In this document: in pieces, positions 27,381-37,551 of the stretch
Layout: every line of letters starts with the position of its first letter
Numbering within the stretch: position 1 is the stretch's first letter
DNA from: Capsulimonadales bacterium
GTDB lineage: Bacteria > Armatimonadota > Armatimonadia > Armatimonadales > Armatimonadaceae
NCBI GenBank assembly: GCA_033762295.1
Contig: JANRLW010000083.1
Location: forward strand, 1-64,000
Reading direction: 5' to 3'
Length of the DNA: 64,000 bases
Notes under the pieces: generated by a model
Told to the model about the DNA's origin: nothing
The model's input: only the letters and a program-made list of their open reading frames with translations
Database searches by the model: none
Made by a program: the position numbers and the translations under genes

Positions 27381-30300
27381 CTAGTTTGTCGCGGTGGAGG
27401 GCGACGATGCCAGTGAATTTTGACCACCCGGTCCCGCGAGTCCGCGATAAAGCTCCAGCGCTTCTCGGAAGGCATCGACAGCCCCTTTCGCGTCCCCTTT
27501 TTCGCTCCGGGTCGTTCCCAGACCCTGGTACAGTTCCGCCCGCTCGCGCCTTGCTGCGTCGCCGGCGTCGGGCGTCAACTCCAGCGCCAGCAGAAGGCTT
27601 CTCTCCTGCGCGTTCGCCGCGCCGGTCGGATCATTGCTCAGATAAAGGAGGTCGCGCAGGCGTTCATAGAGCGTTTTCAGGCGGCGGCGCGCCGGTACGT
27701 TACTTTTATCTTCGGCCAGCGGCTCCAGGACGTTCAGGCTTTGTCGACAGGCTCGTAGTGCGCCTTTCGGATCATTTTGCGCCACCCGCAGGTCGATAAA
27801 GCTGGCGTAGCAGGCGGAAAGGTCGCTCTGCGCCCGGAGGTTGGCGCGGTCCCCGGCCAGGGTACGGGCCAGCGACAGGGCGCGTTCGTAGGATCGTTCC
27901 GCGCCGGACAGGTCGTCGGTACGCCGCTGCACGTCGCCGATCCGGGTATGCGCGGCGATCAGGTCCCGGCGTATCTCGGGGGAGGGGGGTCCTTTTCCCG
28001 CCGAATCGAGCAATTTGAGACCCGTCCGGTAGGCATCGCCCGCGCCGGGAAGATCGTTCGCGGCCAGGCGTGCATCGCCGAGTTTCGCATAACCGATCGC
28101 CAGTTCGCGCGCGGTCGTGGCTCCGCGCGCCGGCTGTCCCTGCGCCACCTCCAGGCTTTGCCGATAGGCGTCGAGCGCGTTCCCAACATCCCCGAGCGCC
28201 ATGTGGGCGTCGCCGACCTTTTCGTAGGCGACCGACAGGTCGCGACGCGTCGAAGCGTCGGGTCGCGGCAGGGCCAGAAGCCCTTCGAGACTTCGGCCGT
28301 ACAGTTCCCGGGCGGTCCGCGCATCGCCCTGCTGTAACAGAGCGTCGCCGAGCCTCTGGCGGCAGGCGGCCAGCGCTTTTTGCGATGCGTCGTCCGCACG
28401 GGTTTTCGCCTCGGTTTCGGCGAGCGACAGACTGCGTTCGTAGGCGGTTTTCGCCCGGTCGGTATCCCCGAAAAGAAGCCACATATCGCCCATGTATTGA
28501 TAGTTCACGCGCTTCTCGGACAGCGCTTTCGCATCGGCGATCCGGTCGAGGAGCGTCAGGTTATCTTCGAAGAGGGCGCGAAGCACCGGACGGCTGCCGG
28601 GGACGTCGATCAACCGGCGCGGCACATCGTAGGTCAGTTTGTTGACCGCTTCCAGGGCCAGCGTCTTTTGCCGTTCGGACCGTTGCCACTGACCGTAACT
28701 GAAGAGGCCGAACCCCAGAATAACCGCACCGAACACAGCGGCGATTCCGGAACCGATCCACCAATTCCGGCGGCGGGCGGCGAGGACGGCATGACGGCTC
28801 GCTTCGATATACTCCCGTATCGAGCGATCCAGATCCTCGCGCCGATGCTCTGCCAGGTCGAGGGCATCGGTGAGAGGCTTCCCTTCCGGGAGCAGATATT
28901 CGCGCCGTCGATCCTCCTCGCGCCAGCGTTGAGCGGACGCCGCCACCCGCTCCCGCGTCTGCAGGAACTCGATGTCCTCCGCCAGCCATTCCTGGAGTCG
29001 CGGCCAGTGTCGGAGCAGCGCTTCGTGCGCGACCCGGACGACCGGTTCCCCGCTGTCATCGCGGTCGGTCACCAGCAGCCGCGCGGCGATAAAGGCGTCG
29101 ATCAGTTCGCGGCGTTCCGGAGAGGAGGCGAGGAGGGCGCGCGGGACGCGTCGGGCGGCGATTCGCTCCTCCCCGGACCTCCCGACCGTCACCAGGCCCC
29201 GCAGGATGGCCGGAAGGGCGGCCTGCGCTTCCGACGATTGTGCGCCGAACACCTCCTCGGCGCGGCGAGCCAGAGCGCCTTCCGGACCGCCGAGCTGCTC
29301 ATAGGCGGCAAAGGTCAGCAGTTGGTCCGGGGTCCGTCGCCGGAACAACTCCTCCAGGGTAAATTCGAGCAGGGGCAGAGCCTCCGGATCGCGCGAGGCG
29401 GCCTCCTGCAACGTTTCGTCCAGTTTCTCGCCCGTATCGGCCCGGACCTCGAAGCGCAGTCCGGCGGCGCGGGCCGGATACCGGATCATCTGACCGATCT
29501 CCGTGACATTGGGCGGAAGGACATCGAACTGGCCTTCGCCTTTTTTCAGTTCGTTTAACTCGGGGATGTCGGCGCAATTGGGGTAAAAGTCGCTCCGCAT
29601 GGTAGCGAGGACCCAGACAAACCCACTGCGAGCGAGTGCGCCCAGAGCGGCGGCGAATCCGGCCCGGTCCAGGTCCGTCCGATCGACCAGCGTAAAAATC
29701 TCCTCCATCTGGTCGACGATGACGAGAACCCGGGTCTGCGGCGGTTCGGCGCGGCCTTCGGCCCTGGCGACCGCGTCCGCGACACGTTTGACCGCCATAC
29801 GAAGCGCCGCGATGGCACGTTCGGGCGATTCCCGAAACAGGGCCGCCAGTTCCCCGGGGTCGAAGCCGATCTCTGCCAGTTCGGGAAGAGCGGTCCGCTC
29901 GAAAAAAGCGAAAGCAAGTGCGGCGAAAAGGTCCGTCGGCGCGTCGGTGGGACGGAACGCGCCCCATCGCCAGATGCCGATTCCCTCCACGATGCCCGGC
30001 TGCAGGAGGGTCGGCAGGACACCGGCGCGAACCAGCGACGATTTGCCGCAGCCGCTCATTCCCAGCACCAGAACGAAGGCGCAACCCCGGGCCGCCTGGT
30101 GCGTCAACGCCTCCTTGATCCCGGCAATCGCCCGGGTCCGTCCGAAAAAGACCGGCGCGTGTTCCGGGTCGAACGCTTCCAGTCCCCGAAATGGGGAACC
30201 CTTGTACCAGAGGATCGGCGTCGGCCCCTCCCCGTCGACGCTGAGATGGGTCGGCAGTTTCTCCCGGATCAGGCGGCGCAGATGCGATTCCAGAACGGTT

Positions 30301-30818
30301 TCAAAGGCGTCGGGAGCGTCGAACGTGTGAAAGGCGGCGCGAAACGTGTCGCGGGCGTTCCCGAACCAGCGATCGATAAAGGTGTCGAGCGCCTTTTTCT
30401 GCTCCAGTCGTTGCATCAGGGCCGCCTCGTCGCTCATGCTCGCGCGCGGTTCGGCGGTCTTGCGATAGACCATCAGGTCCGGCGTCCCCCGTTCCCGGAA
30501 CGAGCGCATCGCGTCCTCGAACTCCCACTCGGTTCCGGAGGCGAAGGAGGAGCCGTCCTCGCGCCGGAATTGCTCCGGAAGCCGTGTCCCCAACCGGGAC
30601 CAGAGGATGCAAACGACGATATCGGTCTCGGAAGGGGGGATGATCTGCTCCTGAAAGTGCGAGGTCGCCCGCAGCGGCTCATGCTCCCAGAGAATCGGCT
30701 CCAGTTCGACGTACCCGGCGAACTCTCCTTGAAGCCGTTCGATGACGCGGGTCGCGATCAATCGCTCCTGTCCGACATCTCCGGGCGAGGAGATGAAGAT
30801 ACGCAGTTTGCGGATCAT
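27381..30818 (-). CDS. DUF4062 (TIR-like) - nSTAND1 NTPase - TM helix - TPR protein
   Basis: RIFISSPGDV..ER, LWSRLGT, SGTEWEF; SPFRGLEAF...FFGR, Walker A GMSGCGKSS, Walker B VDQMEE, ALPLLEF, VAHEALL.HW; TM WWIGSGIAAVFGAVILGFGLF; TPRs. Confidence 0.88.
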   Translation of the reverse strand: MIRKLRIFISSPGDVGQERLIATRVIERLQGEFAGYVELEPILWEHEPLRATSHFQEQIIPPSETDIVVCILWSRLGTRLPEQFRREDGSSFASGTEWEFEDAMRSFRERGTPDLMVYRKTAEPRASMSDEAALMQRLEQKKALDTFIDRWFGNARDTFRAAFHTFDAPDAFETVLESHLRRLIREKLPTHLSVDGEGPTPILWYKGSPFRGLEAFDPEHAPVFFGRTRAIAGIKEALTHQAARGCAFVLVLGMSGCGKSSLVRAGVLPTLLQPGIVEGIGIWRWGAFRPTDAPTDLFAALAFAFFERTALPELAEIGFDPGELAALFRESPERAIAALRMAVKRVADAVARAEGRAEPPQTRVLVIVDQMEEIFTLVDRTDLDRAGFAAALGALARSGFVWVLATMRSDFYPNCADIPELNELKKGEGQFDVLPPNVTEIGQMIRYPARAAGLRFEVRADTGEKLDETLQEAASRDPEALPLLEFTLEELFRRRTPDQLLTFAAYEQLGGPEGALARRAEEVFGAQSSEAQAALPAILRGLVTVGRSGEERIAARRVPRALLASSPERRELIDAFIAARLLVTDRDDSGEPVVRVAHEALLRHWPRLQEWLAEDIEFLQTRERVAASAQRWREEDRRREYLLPEGKPLTDALDLAEHRREDLDRSIREYIEASRHAVLAARRRNWWIGSGIAAVFGAVILGFGLFSYGQWQRSERQKTLALEAVNKLTYDVPRRLIDVPGSRPVLRALFEDNLTLLDRIADAKALSEKRVNYQYMGDMWLLFGDTDRAKTAYERSLSLAETEAKTRADDASQKALAACRQRLGDALLQQGDARTARELYGRSLEGLLALPRPDASTRRDLSVAYEKVGDAHMALGDVGNALDAYRQSLEVAQGQPARGATTARELAIGYAKLGDARLAANDLPGAGDAYRTGLKLLDSAGKGPPSPEIRRDLIAAHTRIGDVQRRTDDLSGAERSYERALSLARTLAGDRANLRAQSDLSACYASFIDLRVAQNDPKGALRACRQSLNVLEPLAEDKSNVPARRRLKTLYERLRDLLYLSNDPTGAANAQERSLLLALELTPDAGDAARRERAELYQGLGTTRSEKGDAKGAVDAFREALELYRGLAGPGGQNSLASSPSTATN

Positions 30819-30901
30819 AACGCCTCATCTTAACACGAATTTCAACGGATTGAAGACAGGTGCGTCGAACTGCGGAAGCGTCCCTTTCCGTCCGGCCTTG
30901 T

Positions 30902-31849
30902 TCAGTTGCCGGAGACGCTGTCGACGCGTGCGAAGAGGGTGCGCAGGCGTTCGAGCAGGGCAGGGGAGAGCGGCGGGCGGGAAAGGGAGCGGAGATTCGC
31001 CGCCAGATGCTCCGGGTTGCCGGTGCCCGAAAGGACTACATGAACGCCCGGTTCGTCGCGACAGAAGCGATAGGCGGCGTCCGGAAGGCTATCCGCCTCG
31101 GAAAGCAGAAAGCCCAGCGGGTCGTCGGCGTCGAACGCCTCCGGATCGACCTGCCCCCGCTCGACCAGTTCACGCATCAATTCTTTCAGAGCGTCCGGGT
31201 TGCTCAAAGCGCGACGGACGGCGAACATGTCCAAAACGCCGATTCCTTTCGCCAGCGTCGTCGGCAGAACACGAACACGGGCGGACGGATTGAGCAGGTT
31301 AAACCCCACCATCATCACGTCCCAGCAGTCATCCCGGATCGCCCTCCGGAGCATGACATGGCCCGGGTCCGGGATAAACGCCTCGGTAATGCCGAGAAAG
31401 CGGATCTTCCCCTGGTCCCGGAGCCGCTCCAGAGCGGGGACCAGTTCGGTCCGGCAGTAGTCGTACTCGTCGGCGGTGACCCCGTGTAACTGCAACACGT
31501 CGACATAATCGGTCCGGAGGCGGCGCAGTCCGGCCTCGGCCGCTTCGCACAGTTCGTCAGCGGTGCGTTTGCCCTCGCCTCCTCGTCGATCGACCGACAC
31601 CTTGGTAGCCAGCACGACGGCGTCGCGCGGTGTGTCGGACGATGCCAGCGCTTGTCCGACAACCGTCTCGGTACCGTAGGCTTCCGCCGTATCGATAAAG
31701 TTGATTCCGGCTGCCAGTGCCTGACGGACGATTCCGATCGCGTTCTCCTCGCCCCGCTGCTGACTCAGCCCGAGTCGGCTATGCCCGCCGCAGCCCAGCC
31801 CCATTACACTGACGGAAAGACCGGTGCGTCCCAGCGTTCGATATTCCAT
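30902..31849 (-). CDS. Aldo/keto reductase
   Basis: MEYRTLGRTGLSVS, IDTAEAYG, LATK, LRTDYVDVLQLH, GKIRFLG. Confidence 0.92.
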   Translation of the reverse strand: MEYRTLGRTGLSVSVMGLGCGGHSRLGLSQQRGEENAIGIVRQALAAGINFIDTAEAYGTETVVGQALASSDTPRDAVVLATKVSVDRRGGEGKRTADELCEAAEAGLRRLRTDYVDVLQLHGVTADEYDYCRTELVPALERLRDQGKIRFLGITEAFIPDPGHVMLRRAIRDDCWDVMMVGFNLLNPSARVRVLPTTLAKGIGVLDMFAVRRALSNPDALKELMRELVERGQVDPEAFDADDPLGFLLSEADSLPDAAYRFCRDEPGVHVVLSGTGNPEHLAANLRSLSRPPLSPALLERLRTLFARVDSVSGN

Positions 31850-31907
31850 AGGCGAATGATACCTGAACCGCATCCCGGTCCGATGGCTCGTTCGAGGACG
31901 GGGCGGT

Positions 31908-34049
31908 TCAGGGAAGCGGTGCAGCGGGACGTAGCACCAGATGTTCGATAAAGAACTCCATGGCGCGCAGAGTATTCAGGCCGGTGTGCTCCAAGTCCGG
32001 TCCCACCTGAAGGTCGAAGCTTTTCCCGGCCCGCTGCAGGGCGGCGACCAGCTGCATCGTGTTGGACGGGTGCACATTGTTGTCGGCCGTCCCGAAATAG
32101 AGCATCAGGCGTCCCTTCAGGTTGTTCGCGTAAGTCATTGCCGAACCGGCGTCATAGCCGGCGCGGTTCTCCTGCGGCAGCCACATATACCGTTCGGTGT
32201 AGATCGTGTCGTAGTTTCGCCAGTCGGTCACGCTCGAGGAGGCGCAGGCGGCCTGAAAGACGTCCGGATAACGGAGCAGCGCCATCGCCGACGCATAGCC
32301 ACCGTAGGACGTTCCCTCGATACCGACCCGGCCACCATCCACGTAGGGACGCTGACGAAGGAACCGGACCCCTGCCGCCTGATCGTCGATCTCGACCGTG
32401 CCCATCTTCAGGTACAGGGCGTCCTTGAACGCCCGACCACGGCCGCGCCCGCCCCGCGCATCGAATCGCGCCACCAGAAAGCCGAGTTCGACGAGACTCG
32501 GAGGCAGAGAGTAGTTTTCGCTCGCCCCCGTCGTCTCCGGCCCGGCGTAAACGAACACGAGCAGGGGATACTTACGGTTCGGGTCGAAATCGGACGGGAA
32601 CTGCAGGGTCCCGTATAGATCGGTGGTGCCGTCGCCCGCCTTGAAGGTGAAAAATTCGGTCGGCGGGATACCCGTGGAGCGCAGCTTTTCGCGGTCGGCC
32701 TGCGCCAGCGTCGTCAGCAGCTTGCCGTTCGCGTCCAGCAGACGGGTCGAGGGCGGGACGTTGTGCGCCTGCGCGATATCGACGATATGTTTTCCGTCCG
32801 GCGCGATATCCGTGGCATGATGCAGCGCGGGATCGGTCAGGCGGACGTCGTTTTTGCCGTCAAGGCCGACACGATGCAACTGGAGCTTGTGCGGGTTGTC
32901 GCCGTTGCGGGCGGTATAAAAGATCGTTCCCGCCGTTTCATCGACGCGAACGACGTTCTCCGTTTCGAACGCATGCCGGGTCACGGTGGAGAGCAGTTTC
33001 CCGCTCAGGTCATACAGGTAGATATTTCGAAACCCGTTCCGCTCGGAGGTCCAAAGAAACCGTTGTCCGTCCGCCAGAAAGGTGATTTCCGGATGTTCGC
33101 TGACCCATCCGTTGGGGTTCGTCTCCTCGACAATGTTACGGCACCGGCCGGTCGTCGGATCGCAGGCGGTCAGGGTCACGCGGTTCTGGCGGCGGTTGGC
33201 GCGGTTACAGAGAATCTCCTTGCCGTCGGGCGACCAGCGGACATCGTAGACGTAGTGCCCGAGGACGTTATCGGTGAACGACTGGCCGTCACGAACATCG
33301 ATCCGGGTCGTTTGCTTCGTCGCCAGGTCATAGACGAAAAGATCGACGATCGGGTTGGGCGCACCCGCTTTCGGATACGGTTCGATATCCGGTTTGGACT
33401 GAATCTGCAGTTGATCCAGAGCGAGATAGTAATCCGGCACCCGGCTCTCATCGAAGCGGTAGAAAGCGAGTTTCTTTCCGTCGGGCGACCACCACATCGC
33501 CGTCCGCTGATTCAACTCCTCGCCGTAGACCCAACTGGCCGTTCCGTACTTGACTCGCTTCTGCGCGCTGCCCTCGGTCGTCACGGCGACGGCCCCGTTG
33601 CCCTCGGCATCGCCGATCAGGACGTTATTGTCCCGGTAGATCGCTCTGCGGGTCCGGTCGGGCGAATCGGCGAAGGTGAACTGACGGCCCCGGGCGGGCG
33701 CGCCGAATCGGCGGCGTGTCGGGCGCGTGTCCGCGGCGGTTCCCGGCGGCAGTTCGACCGTCGTCGCGGCGGCGAAATCGTAGCGGTAAGCCTTTCCCTG
33801 GCGGACAAACCGGTACGCCTTGCCGTTATCGATCCAGGCGCCGGGAAGAGTTCCGGTCGAAATCGCCTCCTGGGCTTCGGTGTAACGCGGGCGCATCCGC
33901 TGGTAACGATCATAACCGGGCAGTGCGGGCAGCCGGTCCTGTGCGGTAACGGAGGACACCGGGAGGACCGCAAGCACGAGGGACAGCAGAAGCGGGAGGG
34001 AAAGGCGGCGAGAGAGTTGTGAGGACGGGAAAGGAACGGTAATCGGCAT
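31908..34049 (-). CDS. Dipeptidyl-peptidase IV-like S9B peptidase (secreted)
   Basis: Signal peptide; WVYGEE, YPKAG, GTSYGG, D.NVH, catalytic His near the C-terminus. Confidence 0.92.
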   Translation of the reverse strand: MPITVPFPSSQLSRRLSLPLLLSLVLAVLPVSSVTAQDRLPALPGYDRYQRMRPRYTEAQEAISTGTLPGAWIDNGKAYRFVRQGKAYRYDFAAATTVELPPGTAADTRPTRRRFGAPARGRQFTFADSPDRTRRAIYRDNNVLIGDAEGNGAVAVTTEGSAQKRVKYGTASWVYGEELNQRTAMWWSPDGKKLAFYRFDESRVPDYYLALDQLQIQSKPDIEPYPKAGAPNPIVDLFVYDLATKQTTRIDVRDGQSFTDNVLGHYVYDVRWSPDGKEILCNRANRRQNRVTLTACDPTTGRCRNIVEETNPNGWVSEHPEITFLADGQRFLWTSERNGFRNIYLYDLSGKLLSTVTRHAFETENVVRVDETAGTIFYTARNGDNPHKLQLHRVGLDGKNDVRLTDPALHHATDIAPDGKHIVDIAQAHNVPPSTRLLDANGKLLTTLAQADREKLRSTGIPPTEFFTFKAGDGTTDLYGTLQFPSDFDPNRKYPLLVFVYAGPETTGASENYSLPPSLVELGFLVARFDARGGRGRGRAFKDALYLKMGTVEIDDQAAGVRFLRQRPYVDGGRVGIEGTSYGGYASAMALLRYPDVFQAACASSSVTDWRNYDTIYTERYMWLPQENRAGYDAGSAMTYANNLKGRLMLYFGTADNNVHPSNTMQLVAALQRAGKSFDLQVGPDLEHTGLNTLRAMEFFIEHLVLRPAAPLP

Positions 34050-34101
34050 GGAGGGGATTTCGACAGGGAACCGGTGGATTCCTTGACCCGACCGCTTCGT
34101 T

Positions 34102-34158
34102 CTCTCCGGTCTCTTCGGCCTCTCCGGCCTCTCCGGTCTCCCGGCGAAGGAGACCGGA
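34102..34158. repeat. ~5 x 9-bp tandem repeat (CTCTCCGGY) merging into a stem-loop
   Basis: Units at 34102, 34111, 34120, 34129 and 34138; hairpin TCCGGTCTCC/GGAGACCGGA at 34132-34158. Confidence 0.7.
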
Positions 34159-34172
34159 AAGGACCGGCAAGG

Positions 34173-35153
34173 TTATTCCGGGCTGTCGGCGCGGAGGTCG
34201 AGGTAATCGATCTCCTGCGCGGTCAGGGTCAGGTTGGCGGCGGCGACATTGGCGTCCAGTTCGGTCTCATTTGCCGAGCCGACCAGGGCGAAGAGATTGA
34301 GCGGGAAGTTCAGCACCCAGGCCAGAGCGACCTGCGGAATCGTCAGACCCTTTCGTTCGCCGAGTTCCTTCACGCGATCCAGTCGCCGGAAGTTGTCCTC
34401 GGAGTTGTAGCACTGCTGAACCAGTTTGTTGAAGTAGTCGGAATGTTCGTCGCCGATGTTTTCACGGGTGAACCGTCCCGACCAGAAACCGCCCGCCATC
34501 GAGGACCAGGCGAAGATCGGCATCCGCGTTCGGGCGTACCAACCGCGTTCGATCTCATTCCGGGGGCCGGAGATGCTGATACAGTCGGCCCAGGGTTCCT
34601 TGACCTGATCGGCCAGGGAGAAGTTCGGGGAGGAGACGGCGAACCCGATCTGCCCGGACCGGGCGGCGTAGTCGTTGGCCTCCTGCAGACGGGCGGCGGT
34701 CCAGTTGGACCCGCCGAACGCCCGGATCTTGCCCTCGCGGACGAACTGGTTGAGCGCATCGACGATCGGTTCGACCGGGTAGTCAGGGTCATCCCGGTGC
34801 AGAACGTAAAGATCGACGTACTCGACCTGCATGTGGGCCAGGGTGTCGTGCAGGTCGGTCCCGATATCGTAGGGGGTGACGCGTTTCCGGACGTCGTTAT
34901 GGTGCGAACCCTTCGCGAGAACGGTGACCTGTTCCCGGTTGTCGCGCGCCTTCATCCATTTGCCGATGAACCGGTCCGAAGTGCCATAGATGCGGGCGGT
35001 ATCGATCGCGGTGATTCCGCGTTCGAACGCGGCGTCGAGAAGGGCGAACCCTTTGTCCTCCTCGTTGACCTTGACCTGAATCACGCCCTGAACGATGCGT
35101 GGAATCTTCTTGTCCACGCCGGGCACTTCACCGTATTTTTCCAGTTTCGCCAT
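34173..35153 (-). CDS. Aldo/keto reductase
   Basis: IDTARIYG, YVDLYVLHRDD, GKIRAFGGSNW, QVALAWVL. Confidence 0.92.
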   Translation of the reverse strand: MAKLEKYGEVPGVDKKIPRIVQGVIQVKVNEEDKGFALLDAAFERGITAIDTARIYGTSDRFIGKWMKARDNREQVTVLAKGSHHNDVRKRVTPYDIGTDLHDTLAHMQVEYVDLYVLHRDDPDYPVEPIVDALNQFVREGKIRAFGGSNWTAARLQEANDYAARSGQIGFAVSSPNFSLADQVKEPWADCISISGPRNEIERGWYARTRMPIFAWSSMAGGFWSGRFTRENIGDEHSDYFNKLVQQCYNSEDNFRRLDRVKELGERKGLTIPQVALAWVLNFPLNLFALVGSANETELDANVAAANLTLTAQEIDYLDLRADSPE

Positions 35154-35183
35154 ATCTGCTATTCCTTCTTGAAGAAACCTGAA

Positions 35184-36206
35184 CTATTCCATCGGGTATT
35201 TGATGCCCATCTGCGCCCGGAGCGCATCGAGCGTCCTCATGACGGCGACCGTATCGCGATGCGGGATGATGTCCGATTCGGTCTTCCCGGCACGCAGGCA
35301 GTCGGCCACATGCATCGCCTCGTACTGGAAGCCGCCGCCCTCGAAAGGGAACTCCAGCGTTTCCGGGTCCTTGCCGTTGCGATGAACGGTCAGTTTCTTC
35401 GGGCACCACCAGGGGCTTGGAAACTCGATCTTGCCGTCGGTGCCGAGGAGGGTCGCCGTCCAGGAGGTCGTCACCTGAATGGACGTCGACAGGATGCCGA
35501 TCTCGCCGCCGGGGAAGCGGAGCAGCATGCCGGAGTTCTCATCGACGCCGGTGTCGCCGAGTTTGGCCGTACCCAGGACGGTGTCGGGTTCGCCGAAGAA
35601 CATATTGGCCAGGGAGACAGGATAGACGCCGACATCCATCAGCGCGCCGCCGCCCAGAGCGGGATCGAAAAGACGTCCGCCCGGATTGTAGCCGGTCAGC
35701 TTACCTTCGTCGGTGGTCGCGCCGGCCTTGAATCCGAAATCGGCGATCAACTGGCGGGGCTTGCCGATCTCCCCGGCGGCGACCAGTTCGCGCGCCTTGA
35801 CCATCACCGGGAAGCAGCGGGTCCACATGCCTTCCATCAGGAAGAGGCTCTTTTCCCGCGCCGTCCGGAGCAGAACCTCGGTTTCGGCGAGGTTGATCGT
35901 GAACGGCTTTTCGCAGAGTACCGCTTTCCCGGCGTTCAGAGCCAGCAGCGTATGCTCCCGGTGAAAGTTGTGCGGCGTCGCGACATACACGACATCGACC
36001 TCGGGGTCGTTGGCCAGCGCCTCGTAGGAGTCGTGTCGGTTCGGGATATCGTATTTGTCGGCGAAGGTATGGGCCTTTTCGCTGCCGCGCGAACCGACGG
36101 CGATCAGGCGATGGTCGGCCAGGTTTTTGACGTCATTGGAAAAACGGGTGGCGATGCCGCCTGCGCCCAGAATGCCCCAGCGCAGCGGCGTATGGTTGTC
36201 GGACAT
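35184..36206 (-). CDS. Gfo/Idh/MocA family oxidoreductase
   Basis: WGILGAGGIA, YVATPH, KAVLCEKP, GGGALMDVGVY. Confidence 0.93.
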   Translation of the reverse strand: MSDNHTPLRWGILGAGGIATRFSNDVKNLADHRLIAVGSRGSEKAHTFADKYDIPNRHDSYEALANDPEVDVVYVATPHNFHREHTLLALNAGKAVLCEKPFTINLAETEVLLRTAREKSLFLMEGMWTRCFPVMVKARELVAAGEIGKPRQLIADFGFKAGATTDEGKLTGYNPGGRLFDPALGGGALMDVGVYPVSLANMFFGEPDTVLGTAKLGDTGVDENSGMLLRFPGGEIGILSTSIQVTTSWTATLLGTDGKIEFPSPWWCPKKLTVHRNGKDPETLEFPFEGGGFQYEAMHVADCLRAGKTESDIIPHRDTVAVMRTLDALRAQMGIKYPME

Positions 36207-36281
36207 GGGATTTGTTTCCTGTGTGGTTGATCGATCCGCAGAGACGAGGGGAAGGTGTCAACCCCGTGGTACGTTCTGCTC

Positions 36282-36311
36282 AGAATAGCACAAAAATTCC
36301 GACGATGTCAA
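36282..36311 (-). promoter_or_regulatory. Sigma70-type promoter
   Basis: TTGACA(36311-36306)-18 bp-TATTCT with extended TG. Confidence 0.55.
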
Positions 36312-37450
36312 TTGGCCTCGGGCGGGACGTGCGGCGGGGACGCGAGTCGTTCGAGGGTAGCCGCCATGATATCTCCGGTCTGGGCGGTCAGGGTATAGAA
36401 CATCGCTTCGCGAAAGCGTCGCTGGGCCGGATGATCCAGGGCGTTGGCACCGCCCGAGGCGGCGGCGACCGTCATGTGCGCGGCCCGCACTCCCAGGGTG
36501 ATGGCCCAGGCGCGGGCTTTCAGGGCGTTCGGCCGGTACTCCGGGCGATCCTTCGGGCCGTCCGCCCAGCGGCGCGCCTCCTCTCGACATGCCTCGATCT
36601 CGGCGTCGAGGGCGTTCGCGGCGTCGGCGATAAACGACAGATGCGTCCGTTGCCCGGCGATCCGACGCAGCAGGCGGAGGGAACCGGTGGCGCAACCGAG
36701 GGGCAGGGCCACGACCCCGGCGATATTGTTGGTATCGCCCTTCGCCATCTCCTCGCGGGAGGAGTAGCGGACGAAGTCCCGCTCCGGAACGAATACATCG
36801 GTCAGGCGGATTTCGACCGTCGCCGACGCGCTCATCGCGCAGAGTTCCTGCCAGTCGGAGACGGCGATACCGTCGCGCGGTTCGGCGGAGGAATAAAGAT
36901 AGATGTGGCGATTGTCGGGCAGGGTCGCGCCGTAAAGGACGCCGGACAGAGCGGGCCATCCGGTCACCCAGGGAGCGACGCCGTTCAGCCGCCAGCCGCC
37001 GGGGACGGGCTCGGCGCGGAGGACGGGGTCGGGTCGGCGCAGATGTCCGAAGGAGACCCCGATATAGTGTCGTCCGGCGGCGGCCTCCTTCAGGTAACGC
37101 TCGCGTAACGAAGGATTGGCGCTGTTCGCAATCTGGCCGCACGCGCCCAGATGCTGGGTCAGGATGAACCAGGTGGTGCCGCAGGCGGCGGTCAGCGTCT
37201 CGGTGAAGCGTCTCTGGAACGCGCCGGACAGACCGAGTCCGCCCCATTCTTTCGGGGTGGTCACCCCGACGAGACCGGCCTGCGCCAGGGCGTCCAGGTT
37301 CTCGCGAGGGAAACGCCGATTCCGGTCAATCTCCTCGGCGCGTGGTTCGAGCACGGTATCGGCGATACCACGGGCGCGGTCGAGATATTCTTCCTCTTCG
37401 GCGGTCAGAGTCGGCGCGGGCGGCGCGGAGAGTTCGGCGGCGTTTTCCAT
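36308..37450 (-). CDS. Acyl-CoA dehydrogenase family protein
   Basis: A.EID...FP.E, P.EWGGLG, GWRLNG..PWVTG, F.DVFVP, HPAQRRFRE; start at ATG 37450. Confidence 0.85.
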   Translation of the reverse strand: MENAAELSAPPAPTLTAEEEEYLDRARGIADTVLEPRAEEIDRNRRFPRENLDALAQAGLVGVTTPKEWGGLGLSGAFQRRFTETLTAACGTTWFILTQHLGACGQIANSANPSLRERYLKEAAAGRHYIGVSFGHLRRPDPVLRAEPVPGGWRLNGVAPWVTGWPALSGVLYGATLPDNRHIYLYSSAEPRDGIAVSDWQELCAMSASATVEIRLTDVFVPERDFVRYSSREEMAKGDTNNIAGVVALPLGCATGSLRLLRRIAGQRTHLSFIADAANALDAEIEACREEARRWADGPKDRPEYRPNALKARAWAITLGVRAAHMTVAAASGGANALDHPAQRRFREAMFYTLTAQTGDIMAATLERLASPPHVPPEAN

Positions 37451-37551
37451 GATCGTACGGCCGATTATACCCGTTGTACCCGGTTTGCCCGTACTGCCGT
37501 CGATATCCGTCTCCGGCAGGAGCCCGCCGGTCCCGGCGTGAAAGAAGAGAG

